Positions 52,366 through 63,850 of a stretch of DNA of 64,000 bases are shown one piece after another. The notes beneath the pieces are model-generated. The model was not told where the DNA came from. It was given only the letters and a program-made list of their open reading frames with translations, and ran no database searches. The stretch is from NCBI GenBank assembly GCA_951804945.1, contig OX638162.1:5580001-5644000 (forward strand). The letters are read 5' to 3'. A program made the position numbers and the translations under genes. This DNA comes from Podarcis cretensis. Taxonomy: Eukaryota. Within the stretch, counting starts at the first letter, position 1. The number at the start of each line of letters is the position of its first letter.

Positions 52366-53278
52366 GAGACTTCCGGTTGGCGCCAGCGCTAATGGCGGCT
52401 CGTTCTCCGATCTCCGGAGAAGGTGCTGCTCCACGAGTTCGGGTCTGACCGCTACGGCGAAGCGGGGACCCCTAAAATCACAGGCACGGAAGCCTGTGAA
52501 CAAGGAGACTCGGTGGGCATTGTTTGCGCCCCCCTTTACTGCAAAAGAGCCTTTTTAAAGGCTTCGGAGGAGCATCGGGGGTGCGCGGAGCTGAGAGTCG
52601 CTACCCAGCCCGTGGAGTGAAGCCGCATCGCCATTGACGGAGAGCGCCGATTCCTTCCTGAAATTTGGACTGAAAAGAGATTCCCGTGAGTAGGATTGGC
52701 AACTTTATCGGGACTTTAAATTAAATCCTTAAAAATTCAGCTGAAAGTGGGGACGGTAAATAAAGGAAGTCTGCCTCCCCCGGATTGCATGATTGCTAAA
52801 GCAACGGATTCAGCAAGCTGTAATTGATAAATTTAAGGACAACTTTTGAAAGGACCAACCCTAGCATTGAGCTTAATCCCCCCCCTAGTAAGCAGGAATG
52901 GGGGGGGGGAGAAGAAGAAAGGAAACCTGCGGGAAAGTTTTAAAGGCACAATTTACTGCAGCCTCTGACTCTGGGAACGGACTGTCTGGGTGAAGCACTT
53001 TGACAGGGAACTGTCAGATGTGTTGCAAAGTGGGGACTTTATTAGATACAATTTACTGAGACTCTGTAGAAACAATACGGTTGCAACTAAAAAGACTGAA
53101 AGTTGTTTCTTAGTAACTTTTTCCCTCTGAGGGCTTTTGGACTCTTTGTTTCCTTGTTTACTGAGTATCTTGGCTCCCTCTAGAGGGCTGAAGGCAACAG
53201 TTGCAACACTGACTGCTAAAAACAAAGTCACTGGATTTTTCCATTCAAGACCTGTTCCTGTGAGAACGACCTTGGGAC

Positions 53279-54277
53279 ATGAGTGGCCCTGCAGATGAGA
53301 TAGCAACAAGATCTAAGGCTAAAGCAGCACAAAAGAAAAGGGGCTCTTTATCAGGACTATTGCCAACAGGTCCAGGCGGACAGGAAAAAGGAATAAGTGC
53401 ATTCATGGAGTCAGTGACGCAGGCATTATTGAAGATAAATGAATCTTTAGAAAAATTGAATAAACAGAGTACAGAAAATACTAAGCAACTGGCAGATTTA
53501 ACGGCAAAATTAGACTTGAACACCAAGAGCGTGACATCTAACACACAGATTATACACAAATTGGTCGAGGAGAACGCCACAATTAGGAAGATTGCGGAAG
53601 TAGCCAACTCCACTGCGGAATCTACACAGGAAAATTTAGTACCGGTTTGCAGGAGGCTTGACCAACATGAGGCGACCCTGTCTTTATGGGATATGCAGCG
53701 TAAGGAGAAGAACTTGAGACTTAGGCTTGTTCCAGAAAGTGAAGGGGACAACCTAGTGGACTTTCTCACAAAAGAAATTTCAGACTTTTGGCAGGAAAAC
53801 CTAGAGGAAAAAGAATTTGAGATAACAACTGCCTTCAGACTGAGCAGAAGGCAAGGCAGGAAGATTCCAAGGGACTGCCTGAGAACATTGAGATCCAAAG
53901 AGGAAAGAGACAAGATATTAAGTTTGCATTACCAGAAGACACTTCAGATTCAAAACGTCTCTGTGCAAATTTACAGGGATATCCCAAAATATATTCTGGA
54001 GGTGAGAACCCAGTTCAAGACTTTGGTTGACCTGCTGAAGAAGAACAACATACCTTTCAGGTGGGAATTTCCACAGGGTTTGTCTTTCAATTTCAGAGGA
54101 AAGAAAGTTAAGATAAGAACAGTACAAGATAAAGAACAATTTTTGGACAGGTACGGAGAGGACCTGGTGAAAGGGGTTTTAAACTCAACATCGGATACAG
54201 ACTTGGGGAACTTGACATTTGGACTTAAATCACCAACGGATGAAGAACAGCTGCAGGGTGCAGTTGGAGGCAACTAA
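53279..54277 (+). CDS. L1 ORF1p (332 aa; coiled coil, RRM-like and C-terminal domains)
   Basis: Heptad-rich N-half; RKEKNLRLRLVPE, AFRL, IYRD and FRWEFP motifs typical of Transposase_22-type ORF1; directly upstream of ORF2. Confidence 0.88.
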   Translation: MSGPADEIATRSKAKAAQKKRGSLSGLLPTGPGGQEKGISAFMESVTQALLKINESLEKLNKQSTENTKQLADLTAKLDLNTKSVTSNTQIIHKLVEENATIRKIAEVANSTAESTQENLVPVCRRLDQHEATLSLWDMQRKEKNLRLRLVPESEGDNLVDFLTKEISDFWQENLEEKEFEITTAFRLSRRQGRKIPRDCLRTLRSKEERDKILSLHYQKTLQIQNVSVQIYRDIPKYILEVRTQFKTLVDLLKKNNIPFRWEFPQGLSFNFRGKKVKIRTVQDKEQFLDRYGEDLVKGVLNSTSDTDLGNLTFGLKSPTDEEQLQGAVGGN

Positions 54278-54283
54278 TTAACA

Positions 54284-57200
54284 ATGTCTCTGCGATTCTT
54301 AACTTGGAATTGTAATGGACTGAACCTTCCCAGAAAAAGGCGTGAGGTTTTTCATATTTTGAAAAGAGAACAATTGGATCTGATTTGTCTACAAGAAACC
54401 CACGTGACAAGGGCACAGAGAAGATTACTTATAAATAAAAGATTGGGACAAGAATTTATTTCATCAGATAAAGTTAAGAAAAGAGGAGTGGTGATTTATG
54501 CAAAAGAGAAATTGGCTCCAAAACAGATTTTCAAAGATGAACATGGAAGAATTTTGGCAATTGAGATACAGATTCAAGGAGAAAAAATTTTGATATTTGG
54601 AATTTATGCACCGAATGAAGGGAAGGCAGAATTTTACAAGAAACTGCATGAGACATTAATGGACTATTTGGACTATAAGGTGATTCTTTTAGGGGATATG
54701 AACGGCGGCGTCTCTACAAATATGGACAAAGCACAAAGACAGGTGATCTCCAAGGACGGGAGATTACCTAAGACTTTCTTTGAAATGACTGACAATTTAG
54801 ACCTGATTGACATCTGGAGAACAAGAAATCCTCTCGAGAGGGAGGGAACATTCTTTTCGGAATCACAGATGACCTGGACAAGAATAGATCAAATATGGAT
54901 TACTAGTGGAATGGCTCCAAAGATAAAGAAAGTGGAAATCTGCCCAAAGACATGCTCCGACCACAATGCAGTAAAGATGGAAATGAAAATAACAACAGCT
55001 GGCTCCTTCAGATGGAGAATGAATGACACCTTATTTAGAGATCCAGAGGTTTACCAAAAGGCCCAAAAGACTTTGAAGGACTACTTTGAGATAAATCTGA
55101 GGACAGAAGTGGAGAAACGAGTGATCTGGGACGCAAGCAAGGCCGTGATGAGGGGTTTCCTGATACAACAGAATTCCTTAAAAAGGAGGAAACAGCAGGA
55201 GAAGAAAGATAAAATTTTGGAAAAGATAAAAGATAGTGAAAAGAAATTGAGATCTAACTCAAAGTCACATGAGATCTTGAGAGAAATTAAACTGTACCAG
55301 AAGCAATATATGGAATTGATGAACCAGGAGATTGAATGGAAAATTAAGCGAATGAGACAAAAGACATTCGAATCGGCAGATAAATGTGGAAAACTCCTAT
55401 CATGGCAATTGAAGAAGAGACAGAAATTGAACACAGTCACTAGTTTGGAGGTAGATGGAAAGAACATTTTTAAACCAAATGAGATCAGCAATTGCTTTCA
55501 GAGTTATTTCAGAAGACTATACGCACAAGGGCCGGAAAATGAAAGAGAAATGGAAGAATTTCTCAAGAAATATGGATTACAAAAAAATTCGCAACAAAGT
55601 ATGTTGCTTTTAAATGAGAAAATAACTGAACAAGAAATAGAGGGTGCCATTCAAAATATGCAATTGGGGAAATCTCCAGGGCCAGATGGACTAACCTCCA
55701 GATACTACAAAGCTTTGAAGGACTGGATAATACAGCCACTTAAGGAGGTTTGTAACGAGATATTAGAGGGGAAAAGGGCACCTGAGACGTGGAAAGAAGC
55801 TTTTATTACACTTATACCAAAGACTGAGATTGATAAAAAAACAGATCAAGAACTACCGCCCTATATCATTACTTAATGTGGATTACAAAATTTTTGCAGA
55901 CATTTTGGCAAAAAGACTGAAGAAGGTGCTGGTGGAGGAGATTCACAAAGATCAGGCAGGCTTTCTCCCGGGTAGACATATATCTACCAATGTAAGGAAT
56001 ATAATTGACATTATAGAAATGTTGACAGTGAATATTAATACAAAGGCAGTTTTAATCTTTGTGGACGCGGAGAAAGCCTTTGACAATATATCTTGGAAAT
56101 TTATGAAAAAGAATCTCCATGGGATGGGGGTAGGCCAAAAGTTTGAAAATGGTATAAGTGCAATTTATTCTGAGCAAAAGGCAAAGTTAATTGTAAATAA
56201 TGTGGTCATGGATGAACTACCTATTGAAAAAGGGACACGGCAGGGGTGCCCAATATCCCCATTACTTTTTATATCGGTCCTGGAGGTTTTGTTAAATATG
56301 ATCAGGGGGGACCAGCTGGTAAAAGGGATTCAGGTCGGAGCCAGACATTACAAATTGAAGGCCTTTGCAGATGACTTAGTATTGACCTTGCAAGAGCCAG
56401 ACACTAGTACCAAAAGAGTTCTAGAATTAATTCAAGTATTTGGCCAGGTCGCAGGATTTAAGTTGAATAAACAAAAAACCAAGGTACTGGAAAAAAACTT
56501 AACAAATGTTGAAAGAGAGAGATTCCAAGAGGAAACTGGGTTAGTGGTGGCAAAGAGTGTAAAATACCTGGGGATTAACATGACATCTAAGAATGTAAAC
56601 CTATTTAAGGATAACTATGATAAGTGCTGGACAGAGATAAAGAAAGACTTAGAAATATGGTCGAACCTGAAGCTTTCCTTGTTAGGTCGAATTGCAGTAA
56701 TTAAAATGAATGTATTGCCTAGAATGTTATTTTTGTTTCAGACATTACAAATTGTTGATAAATTGGACTGTTTCAAGAAGTGGCAGAAAGATATATCTAA
56801 ATTTGTCTGGCAGGGCAAAAAGCCCAGAATTAAGTTTAAGATACTTACCGATTCTAAAGAAAGAGGGGGGTTTGCCCTGCCGGACTTAAGACTGTACTAT
56901 GAATCGGCAGCTTTCTGCTGGTTAAAAGATTGGCTACTTCTTGAAAATGCAGACATTCTAGACTTGGAAGGATTTGACAATAACTTCGGTTGGCATGCAT
57001 ATATTTGGTATGACAAGGTTAAAGTGTATAAGGGTTTTAAAAATCACATTGTTAGGAAAGCACTATACAACGTTTGGATTCGGTATAAAGACTTATTGGA
57101 AAATAAAACTCCCAGGTGGCTTTCACCAATGGAGGCCAAGGAGGTAAAGAAACTCAATATGAGAACTAATTGGCCGAAATATTCTGAAATTTTAGAACAA

Positions 57201-58022
57201 GAAGGTGGTGAATTTAAACTACAAAGTTACGAGAAAATAAAGTCCAAGGTACGAGATTGGCTCCATTATTTTCAAATAATGGAGGCCTACAAACAAGACA
57301 GGAAAATTGGTTTCCAGGTGGAGAAATCGAAATTAGAAACAGAACTGTTAGAACCCAATACTAAGAATTTATCAAGAAGGTATAACTTGCTGTTGAAGTG
57401 GAATACAATAGATGAGACAGTGAAGCCAGCTATGGTTAAATGGGCACAGGACATAGGTCATGACATTATGTTTGCTGACTGGGAGCAGTTATGGACCACA
57501 GGTATTAAATTCACGGCATGTAATGCCCTACGAGAAAACATTATGAAAATGATTTACAGGTGGTACATGACCCCAGTCAAGCTTGCGAAGATTTATCATT
57601 TGCCCAATAACAAATGTTGGAAATGTAAAGAGACTGAAGGTACCTTCTTCCACCTTTGGTGGACCTGCCCGAAGATTAAGGCCTTCTGGGAAATGATTTA
57701 TAATGAGATTAAGAAAGTGCTTAAGTGCACATTTCACAAGAAACCAGAGGCATTTCTCTTGGGTATGGTCGGCCAGCTGGTGTCGAAGAAGGATAAGAAT
57801 TTCTTTTTGTACGCTACTACGGCAGCAAGGATTCTCCTAGCAAAGTATTGGAAGACACAAGAGCTACCCACGCTGGAGGAATGGCAGGCGAAAGTGATCG
57901 ACTTTATGGGACTGGCAGAAATGACCGGCAGAATCCGCGACCAAGAGAAAGAGACTGTGGAAGAAGATTGGAAGAAGTTTAAGATATATCTTAAGAGTTA
58001 CTATAAAACTGAGGAGTGCTAA
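54284..58022 (+). pseudogene. L1 ORF2p (APE endonuclease, RT, CCHC knuckle) with a single +1 frameshift; 1245 aa if corrected
   Basis: TWNCNGL, LQETH, GDMN, RID and SDH (endonuclease); KSPGPDG, YRPISLLN, DAEKAFD, GTRQGCP, FADD and YLG (RT); C-x2-C-x8-H-x4-C. ORFs 54284-55876 and 55830-58022 switch frame at A7 (55835-55841). Confidence 0.93.
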
Positions 58023-58539
58023 AATGCTGAGGGAGAGGAAGACGTAGAATTGCAGCGGTAAATTGTGTTTAATTTAGGGTGAAATTGAAAAGGAGAATGA
58101 ATTTATATTTAATTGGCTAAGAAGGGTTGCTGAACAATTGTTTAAAATAAAGGATGCAAAAAGGGGAAGGTATGGGGAAGTCCGGGAAAAGAGGTTTATG
58201 GAAATAAGGTAAAGAAAATATGATTTTTTGTGTTTGTTTTTATGTTGTTTTTGTGTTTGTTAAAAATTTGGAAATTAATAATTTTTTTTTTTTTTTTTTT
58301 AAAAAAAGGTTGCCTATCCCTGATCTTAGGTCTCTGGTGTCCAGCATAACCTGGCAAAATAGCCTTCATTGACGGAAGAGCATAATAAAATCCTCTTCCT
58401 GGGTCTCAGATAACTTCAAGAATTGCTGATTTACACTCTGGCACTAAAACATCCTGCCATTTGTATCACTTTCAGGGCTAGATAAAGAGAGATGGAATGC
58501 AGCTTAGGAGGGGGAAGACTCACAAATGCAGAACACACA

Positions 58540-59380
58540 AAAATCAAGCCTAATACATTCTAAAATGTTTTAACAATCAAAGTGAAACATTTAAACATTA
58601 TTAAAATAATAAAAATATGCACCCGGGGTCTCTAATTCTTATACCAGTCCCCTTTTGATCCTAACCTTATCAAGGATTATAATCATACTTTATCAAAGTT
58701 ACCAATCTATGAATTGGACTTCTTTACAAAACACACTTTTACAAGCATTGAATACCACAACATAGCAATATAATACAGAGAATGACTGAGAGGAAAACTA
58801 ATACCCCCCTTTTTAAGGCTTTATTGATCCAACTAATCTGAGGGAGACCAACCTCTTGGATTCCAATATGAGATTCCTTTTAAGCACTTATGGACTTTTA
58901 AGAACCTTGCGAGAAGTATTCTCCCTTGCTATAAACATGTTTGTCTATGCTTTACACTCAGCAGGAAGGTTTATTCATAAAGAAACATAAAGAAATAAAG
59001 TTTTATTTCTTTAGCTTTATTTTGTTCCCAATGTCAAATTAGTCTTCTGGACCCCTTCTCTTTGTTATTCCACAACAACACCCCATTAATGAATTCTTGT
59101 TAAAGGGCTTTCATCAATCAATCTCCCAATTTGGCGCAGATGTTGACACATCCTAACAGAAATGTCTTCACCCTTCTGGGAGGTTCTTAACTTGCTGTGA
59201 TCTTCACTCAAGGGTGAATCGCTTTCTCACATTCCAGAGGGACACGAAAAGGCTAATTGCACCTTGGGTTCACTTGTCCAATCCAAAAGCAAAATCCAAT
59301 TAGAATTTTTCTATAGCCCCAAAATTTCAAGTCCAGAAACTAATTTGTTAAACAATTCCAGTAGGTGCATTTGTTCAAAT
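58540..59380 (-). mobile_element. Old degenerate L1 3' fragment
   Basis: Minus strand retains remnants such as FLL..., ..RILLA and a decayed Cys-rich knuckle in ORF2 C-terminal order. Confidence 0.4.
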
Positions 59381-59529
59381 TACCGTATTTTTCACTCTAT
59401 AGGACGCACTTTTTCCCCTCCAAAAATTAAGGGGAAATGTGTGTGCGTCCTATGGAGCGAATGCAGGCTCCTTGGCTTCAGCGATAGCAACACAAAGCCT
59501 CCGAAGCGCAGAGGGAGCGCTCCCAGTCC

Positions 59530-59606
59530 CACCAGGAGATGCTGGGGACTGAACCTGATGCCTTCTGCATGCTAAGCAATTGTTCTACCACTGAGCTATG
59601 GCCCTA
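59530..59606 (-). mobile_element. tRNA-derived SINE head
   Basis: Minus strand GGGCCATAGCTCAGTGGTAGAAC (A box) ... GGTTCAGTCCCC (B box). Confidence 0.65.
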
Positions 59607-60607
59607 GCTCACAATATTGCTGTCAGGATAAAATGGAGAAGGTGGAGGCTGAAGTGCGTATGCTCTGTGGAGGAAAGGTGGGATAGAAGTATAAGAAGGA
59701 ATAAAGTATGTAAACTAGCCTATAAGTGAATAAACTACAGCATATTTTTAACTTACTCTCTTAATAATTTGTATATAAATTATAAGAGTGGTATATAAAT
59801 TTTGTTAAATAGAAAAAGAGGAAATGATCAGACTTTCAAACAGTATGTTATGCCTGAGCCTCCATTGCTGAAACTCCCAACAGCATTTTCATGCTCACAG
59901 ACACCTGATGAAGGAACCATTGTGACATAACCCATTCAAGCAGAGTGAAGGGGCAACAGGCTGTCAACAGTGGCAGTAGTTGGGGGCTCCCATCTATTAA
60001 AAAGCCACAGAAAGTCTTTTCATACTGCCTGAGGAATTAATCCCTTATTTAACATTCATAATTGCTGGATCGATTTAATAGGACTGGAGCTAACATTTGC
60101 TTGGATTTGGCACCATTGATAGGGAACTGCCTGCTGCGTCCTCCGCTTTGAAGTCACCCTGGTCTTTGGGCCTCCAGCACCTTCTTCAGCATGTCCAACC
60201 CATCTAAGACGCATGTGGTACTGGGGTTCTACTGGGTTAGGAAGAAGCCCCTGACAGAGAAGCCGAGCTCTACCATCTCGGCCAGACCTTCTGCCTCTGC
60301 ACCAGCTTGCAACACTCCTCACATTTCACCCTACTTCACGAGGAGCAAGGCACAACCCGCTCCGCTCAGGAGGTCCAGCAGGCGCAAGGTGCTGCGATTG
60401 CCGAATCTCACCGACCACAAGTTTTTAAGATCTGTCATTGGCAGCGTGGCCGGAAGAGAGCCCACAGGCATGGCAAGCAAAAGAAGACTCCAGTGGGAAC
60501 AGGAAAAGGGGTGAGGGCTAGGCTAGAGGCAAGAAGGCTCCAAAGCTATTTGCGGGGTGGGATTGCTTTGGAAGATGCCTTCTCACAATCTCTACCCTTG
60601 AACCACG

Positions 60608-60870
60608 TAAGGACATAAGAAGTGCCTGCTGGATGAGGCCACATTGGCCTGTCTAGTCCAGCATCCTGTTCTCACAGTGGCCAACCAGAGGCCTGTGGAA
60701 ACAAGAGCATTCTGTATTCCCTTCCTGCATCTTCCAGCAACTAATATTCACAAACGTTACTGCCACTGACTGTGGAGGTAGAGCATAGCCATCGTGCCTA
60801 GTGGCCATTGATAGCCTTTCCTGCATAAAACCATCCAAGTTGGTGGCCATCACAGCTTTCTGTGGGATTG
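60608..60870 (-). mobile_element. CR1 3' tail fragment
   Basis: Reverse-orientation counterpart of the 1790-1980 tail, ending TTCTTATGTCCT. Confidence 0.55.
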
Positions 60871-61395
60871 AGCTTCCAAAGGGGTAGCTGAGCATGCCTG
60901 CTGCAGGAAAAACAGGCATTAAAAGCACATTTCTCCCAAAGAATCCTGGGAATTGCAGTTTGTAAAGGGTGCTACAAATTGTAGCTATGCGGTAGAAGGG
61001 TAATCTACAGTTCCTAGGATTCTTACAGGGGAGAAGCGATAATGCTTTTAATGTATGGTGTGTACACAGCCTCAAATTAGCTCCACCAGCTCTGTAATAC
61101 TAGAGCAAAGATTATAATGCATATTGTAGTTGTTGTACTTTTATAAATATTATAAAACCCATTCCTGCAAGCCATGTAGTCTGGCATAAACTCAGTCACC
61201 TCTCCCATCATTAATTGTTTCTACTAGGTGGGGAGGGATGTTGGATCTGCTTTCCTGCCTTGAAGAAAGGCACAGGTCAGATGTGTGACCAGACCTGGCC
61301 ACGCTTCGCAAGAGAGGTGTGTTGGTTCAAGGTGGCCACGCTGCCTGCAACTTGCACTCCTTCCTGACGTGTCTTCCCCAAACCCCTTCTTCCAG

Positions 61396-61665
61396 AGGCT
61401 GTGTTGAAGTTTTCCATCACGTGGAACACAAACTCGTGGAACTACCTCGAGGCTCAGGCATTCGTGGAAACTCTCCTCAAGCATGAGACGCCAGAGAACC
61501 TCTTGCAATACGAAGGGATCAAAGCAGCTGTGGAGTCTCTCGTACCATACACGGCACTTCCAGAGGCTGGACTGGTTGCTGCAGGCCTCCATGTTCCTTG
61601 ATTTCATGTGACAAAACATGAAGTTGCCTGACGCCGCCAAGTGGGATGAGGAGATGGACACGTGA
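61396..61665 (+). pseudogene. TBL3: TBL3/UTP13 C-terminal fragment, disabled (frameshift and premature stop)
   Basis: Reads EAVLKFSITWNTNSWNYLEAQAFVETLLKHETPENLLQYEGIKAAVESLVPYT, then after a frameshift HFQRLDWLLQASMFLDFM*QNMKLP...*. Matches the recalled Utp13 C-terminal motifs WNTNS and PYTERHFQRL; TGA replaces W at 61609-61611. Confidence 0.85.
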
Positions 61666-61669
61666 TGAG

Positions 61670-62070
61670 CTTTATTTATTTATTTATTCATTATTAATTT
61701 TATTGAGTACAAATTAGAAAAAAAACAAATATACAAAAAAAGGAAAATACATGTAACCAATAGAAAATTAGAAAACATTTTACCTCTTCTCATATTTACA
61801 ATTATTTGCACCTCTACAAAACAATATTCACAATAAAGAAAAGAAATGAAAGGTAAAATATAAAAGAAAAGAACAGGAAGAAGATAAAGAAAAGGAAGAA
61901 ATAAGATCAAGAATGAGAATTTTAAAAGTAGATAAGTATTCACTATACACAGCCATTTCCAATCTATATTTATATTCAATTATGTATTTTCATCTTATCC
62001 CTATCTTAATTAAAATATTTTTAAAAGACTTCCACTGTTTAAATTAATTCAACTCAAAATGACAAAAGAT
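61670..62070 (-). mobile_element. AT-rich LINE (L1-like) 3' end with (TAAA)n tail
   Basis: (TTTA)n at 61671-61688; T-rich 3' UTR on the minus strand; KQWKSF..YF-like ORF2 terminus. Confidence 0.45.
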
Positions 62071-62074
62071 TGTC

Positions 62075-62878
62075 AAAGGAGGGAGTCAGGCTGTGCCCTG
62101 GCCAAAGGCCTGGTGGAACAACTGTGTCTTGCAGGCCTTGCGGAAGGATGTCAACTCCCGCAGGGCCCTTGTCTCTTGTGACAGAGCATTCCACCAGATT
62201 GGAGCCACAGGCGAAAAGCCCTGGCTCTAGTTGAGGCCAGCCTAACCTCTCTGTCGCCTGGGACCTTCAGGATGTTTTTATTTGAAGACTGTAAGTTCCT
62301 CTGTGGGGCATACCAGGAGAGGCGGTCCCGTAGGTACGAGGGTCCTAGGCCGTATAGGGCTTTGAAGGTTAAAACCAGCACCTTAAACCTGATCCTGTAC
62401 CCCACCGGGAGCCAGTGCAGCTGGCATAGCACCGGGTGAATGTGATCTCGCAGCGAAGACCCCGTAAGGAGTCTCGCTGCAGCATTCTGCACCCGCTGGA
62501 GTTTCTGGGTCAGTCTCAAGGGCAGCCCCACGTAGAGCGAGTTACAATAATCCAGTCTGGAGGTGACCGTCGCGTGAATCACAGTGGCTAGGTCAGGGCG
62601 ATAGAGGTAAGGAGCCAACTGCTTAGCTTGGCAGAGATGAAAAAATGCCGCCTTTGTTATAGCTGCAATCTGCGCTTCCATGGAAAGGGAGGTGTCAGAG
62701 ATTACACCCAAACGCTTAACGGACGGTGCTGGCACTAATTGCACCCCCGCAAGAGATGGGAGTTGCAGCCCCCAATCCCATATTGTCCCTTCCAAGCCAA
62801 AGGACCTCTGTTTTCGAAGGATTTAACTTCAACCGGCTCCCACATAACCATCCAGCCACAGCTTCCAAACATCTGATC
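62075..62878 (-). mobile_element. L2-clade LINE fragment
   Basis: ORF 62151-62795 with LGVI.D, SRLDYCNSLYVGLP, LQRVQNAAARL and LHWLPV; homologous to 3867-4766 but a different subfamily. Confidence 0.85.
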
Positions 62879-63850
62879 AGTGTGTCTGATGATCCTTTTT
62901 TTGTAAGCTGTAAACCATATAAAGTTTTTAAGTTAGAAAATTTATTCAGCCTAGTTTATTTATAACTGTTCCTGTTATCTGCTTAATTTCCTTTACCTAG
63001 TTGGCAGTGGGAGGGAAGAGAAAGAAAATCTTTTTGTTAATTCAAATACAATAGAAAACATTCTGCTATAGGGAGCAGTAAGAGTTTCCAGACGCCCCCA
63101 TTACCTGTAGAAAGCAAAATTATTATGGAAGAAAAAACTGTTACAGTTATGGGCAGCTATTTTCACACCAGGGTAACTTATTTCCATCATGGGTTTATTC
63201 ATACAAATTTTAGCAGTTACAGGTTTATTAGAAACATAGTTTATTATTTATTCTCACATAATTAATCCAAACCATGTGGGTTCAAAATTAGAATTGAAAA
63301 TTAATCCTTTTTTTTTTTTTAATCAACTCTCCCTTACTGAGTTGATGCACATGTTATTTACATGTACATGTTTGGATGTTGAACCAACTTCCAGGCTTTC
63401 TGCCATATAAACACAAGAGTTCTAAAGTTGGAGTCTCAAGTCCCATGACTTCAAGCACATGAATTATTTACCATTTCCGTATTGAGATTTCCATTTTGAA
63501 TTTTCAGTTTTCAAACGTTTTGGAACTTGAACGGTCTTCTGCAATCAGGTTCCTTAGATTTTGACAGACAGCTAATCAGACGTTGCAAAACAGCGGCCCT
63601 TAGTGTCTGGAACATGCAATAAGCAGGGATGTTACTGCAATGCCCTTGCAGGACAGCCAGCTCAGCCTTGCACAGTTCACTAGGTGCCACCTGTGCTGTA
63701 CATGACAAATCAACAATGGGAGTAGAGTTCATAAAATGTATCCATTCTGGTTTTGATTGCTTAAAAGTGATACAATGTCTGTTTTGAACTTGGCTAAGTA
63801 GAAAATACATACAAACCTTCAGAAATTAATAGAAAATCAATGGTTTAACC

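Larger units (their letters stand above)
52366..58306 (+). mobile_element. Full-length L1 retrotransposon (about 5.9 kb)
   Basis: CpG-rich 5' UTR, ORF1, 6-nt spacer, ORF2, 3' UTR; 16-bp TSD AGGTTGCCTATCCCTG at 52350-52365 and 58307-58322. Confidence 0.95.

Noticed and set aside
53245-57737. Antisense ORFs within the L1 (e.g. 222 aa at 53245-53913)
   Set aside because: Shadows of ORF1/ORF2 codon usage; no independent evidence of an ORF0-like gene.
59530-59606. Possible tRNA gene
   Set aside because: A and B boxes are present but the stems are imperfect, and the head continues into SINE body sequence seen elsewhere in the window.
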